A DNA stretch of 50,433 bases from Candidatus Buchananbacteria bacterium (lineage in GTDB: Bacteria > Patescibacteriota > Patescibacteriia > Buchananbacterales > UBA6539), in NCBI GenBank assembly GCA_041664985.1, contig JBAYJS010000001.1:1-50433 (forward strand), written 5' to 3'. Position numbers and translations under genes: made by a program. A model generated the notes under the pieces. The model was not told where the DNA came from, did not search any database, and saw nothing but the letters and a program-made list of their open reading frames with translations. This document shows positions 49,104 through 50,433 of this stretch, one piece after another (within the stretch, counting starts at the first letter, position 1; each line of letters begins with the position of its first letter).

Positions 49104-49604
49104 ATGGCTAAATTGTTACCCATAAAAATTTACTCCTGTCCGGTTTTGCGTCAAAAATCAAAGGCGCTAAAATCTGAAGAGCTGCAAAAAAAAGAATTTG
49201 GGCAGCTTCTTTTAGATATGGAAAAAACGATGAAAGAAAAGGACGGTGTCGGTTTGGCGGCACCTCAGATTGGCAAAAGTATTCGGGTGGTGGTAATCAG
49301 TACGGCCGACGGTTCGGTTTTTTTGATTAATCCAAAAATTTTAAAAAAATCGTGGAAAAAAGAAATTTTAGAGGAAGGCTGTCTGAGTTTGCCTGAAGTT
49401 TGGGGTTTGGTGAAACGATCATTAAAAATTACCATTGTTGCTTTAGATCCGAAAGGCAAAAAAATGAAATTTACAGCCTCAGGAATGTTTGCCCGAGTGA
49501 TTCAGCATGAAGTTGACCACTTGGATGGAATTTTATTTATTGACAAAGCTAAAAAAATTACCCAGGGAGCGGATAAATTAGAGGCAATGAAATCAACAAA
49601 ATAA
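49104..49604 (+). CDS. def: Peptide deformylase
   Basis: GVGLAAPQIG, EGCLSLP and QHEVDHLDG motifs. Confidence 0.93.
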   Translation: MAKLLPIKIYSCPVLRQKSKALKSEELQKKEFGQLLLDMEKTMKEKDGVGLAAPQIGKSIRVVVISTADGSVFLINPKILKKSWKKEILEEGCLSLPEVWGLVKRSLKITIVALDPKGKKMKFTASGMFARVIQHEVDHLDGILFIDKAKKITQGADKLEAMKSTK

Positions 49605-49669
49605 CAAAATAATAAAATAAGAAATTAAAAAATTAAAGCAAAATTTTTTCTTAGATTCTTGACTCTTTT

Positions 49670-50433
49670 ATGCCAAATTTAAATCCTAAAATAATTTTTC
49701 TGGGTACACCCGAATTTGCCGTGCCGGCTTTGCAAGCTTTGGTTCAAGGCGGTTTTTTGCCAGCTTTGGTAATTACTCAGCCGGATAAACCAGTCGGCCG
49801 CAATCAGCAGTTGACTCCCCCGCCAGTCAAAGAATTCGCTTTGGCTAATAATTTAACCATTGCCCAACCAAAAAACAAAAAAGAATTAGAAAAAATTTTT
49901 GCAAATAATGATTGTGATGTTTGCATTTTGGCGGCATTTGGTATGATTATTCCTGACGACTGTTTGGCTAAACCTAAATTTGGCTTTTTAAATATCCATC
50001 CGTCGCTTTTGCCCGAGTTTCGCGGTTCGGCGCCGATTCAGCAAGCGATTTTGGATGGCCATAAAACCACCGGTGTTTCAATTATCAAATTAGTCAAAGA
50101 AGTTGACGCGGGTCCGATTTACGCTCAAAAAGAAATTCCGATTTTAGCGCAAGATAACGCTCAAACTTTAGGCGCGAAATTGGCTTTTGTCGGCGCGCAA
50201 CTTTTGGTGGAAATTTTACCGGATTTTTTGGCTCAAAAAATAAAACCAACCTTGCAATCTGATAATTTGGCGACTTTTACCAAAATTATTGAGCGCGATG
50301 ACGGTCGGGTTGACTGGCAGCAAACTGCCGGGCAAATTGACCGACAATTTCGGGCATTTTTCCCTTGGCCAGGGGTTTTTACCCATTTGGCCGGTAAGCG
50401 TCTTAAAATCGCAAATTTGAGCGTTTTAGAGGG
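49670..50433 (+). CDS. fmt: Methionyl-tRNA formyltransferase, 3'-truncated by the window end
   Basis: Not in the track because there is no stop in the window. ATG at 49670 gives MPNLNPKIIFLGTPEFAVPALQALV...ITQPDKPVGRNQQLTPPPVKEFA...NIHPSLLPEFRGSAPIQ. Confidence 0.9.
   Translation, partial: MPNLNPKIIFLGTPEFAVPALQALVQGGFLPALVITQPDKPVGRNQQLTPPPVKEFALANNLTIAQPKNKKELEKIFANNDCDVCILAAFGMIIPDDCLAKPKFGFLNIHPSLLPEFRGSAPIQQAILDGHKTTGVSIIKLVKEVDAGPIYAQKEIPILAQDNAQTLGAKLAFVGAQLLVEILPDFLAQKIKPTLQSDNLATFTKIIERDDGRVDWQQTAGQIDRQFRAFFPWPGVFTHLAGKRLKIANLSVLE

Noticed and set aside
1-50433. Alternative genetic code (UGA recoding, as in some candidate phyla)
   Set aside because: All recognisable housekeeping genes read through at full expected length with the standard bacterial code, and several end in TGA. 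There is no sign of in-frame UGA.

Overview
This is an AT-rich bacterial chromosome segment, roughly one-third G+C by eye (not computed). The compact housekeeping gene set, a group-3-like [NiFe] hydrogenase, near-absence of Shine-Dalgarno (SD) sequences and very short leaders suggest a Patescibacteria/CPR-type organism; that assignment is an inference.

Backbone genes, left to right:
- [NiFe] hydrogenase large-subunit 3' end, a HypA-like gene and a SAM methyltransferase.
- A glycolytic cluster: pgk, a SIMPL gene, eno, a PLP enzyme and two tandem gpmI copies.
- Three GT2 glycosyltransferases, mreB copy 1, a clan-A glycosidase, holB, a BNR lipoprotein, frr, rseP and proS.
- mreB copy 2 with mreC, mreD and mrdA, then greA, lysS, an MgtC-family gene, an HD-domain gene, a cytidylyltransferase and serS.
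- alr, ddl and ftsQ, then an SdpR/SdpI-like pair, an M23 peptidase, gltX, a tagA-like gene and thpR.
- An AmmeMemoRadiSam-type radical SAM gene, a secreted protein and a LigB/Memo-like gene, then def and fmt (3' partial).

No rRNA, tRNA, CRISPR array, transposase or integrase was recognised.

The most unusual signal is at least nine short, visibly GC-richer islands, centred near 10.1, 22.5, 32.2, 36.3, 39.5, 41.4, 43.4, 44.1 and 48.4 kb. Each sits in an intergenic gap between housekeeping genes. Each looks like an autonomous unit: a TTGACA-type promoter, often a hairpin-containing leader, a canonical GGAGG SD (absent from native genes), one or two small ORFs with no family I recognise, and an intrinsic terminator. 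Several of these ORFs are shorter than 60 aa and are missing from the supplied ORF track.

Other notable points:
- A 107-bp perfect direct repeat brackets the SIMPL gene between pgk and eno.
- The two iPGM (gpmI) copies are divergent tandem paralogs.
- The hydrogenase ends exactly at its ligand His, and the neighbouring HypA-like gene lacks a Zn site.
- ProRS carries a Zn-ribbon where the editing domain normally sits.
- The greA leader contains a terminator-like hairpin.
- An SdpR/SdpI-like immunity pair is convergent with an orphan hydrophobic-peptide unit.
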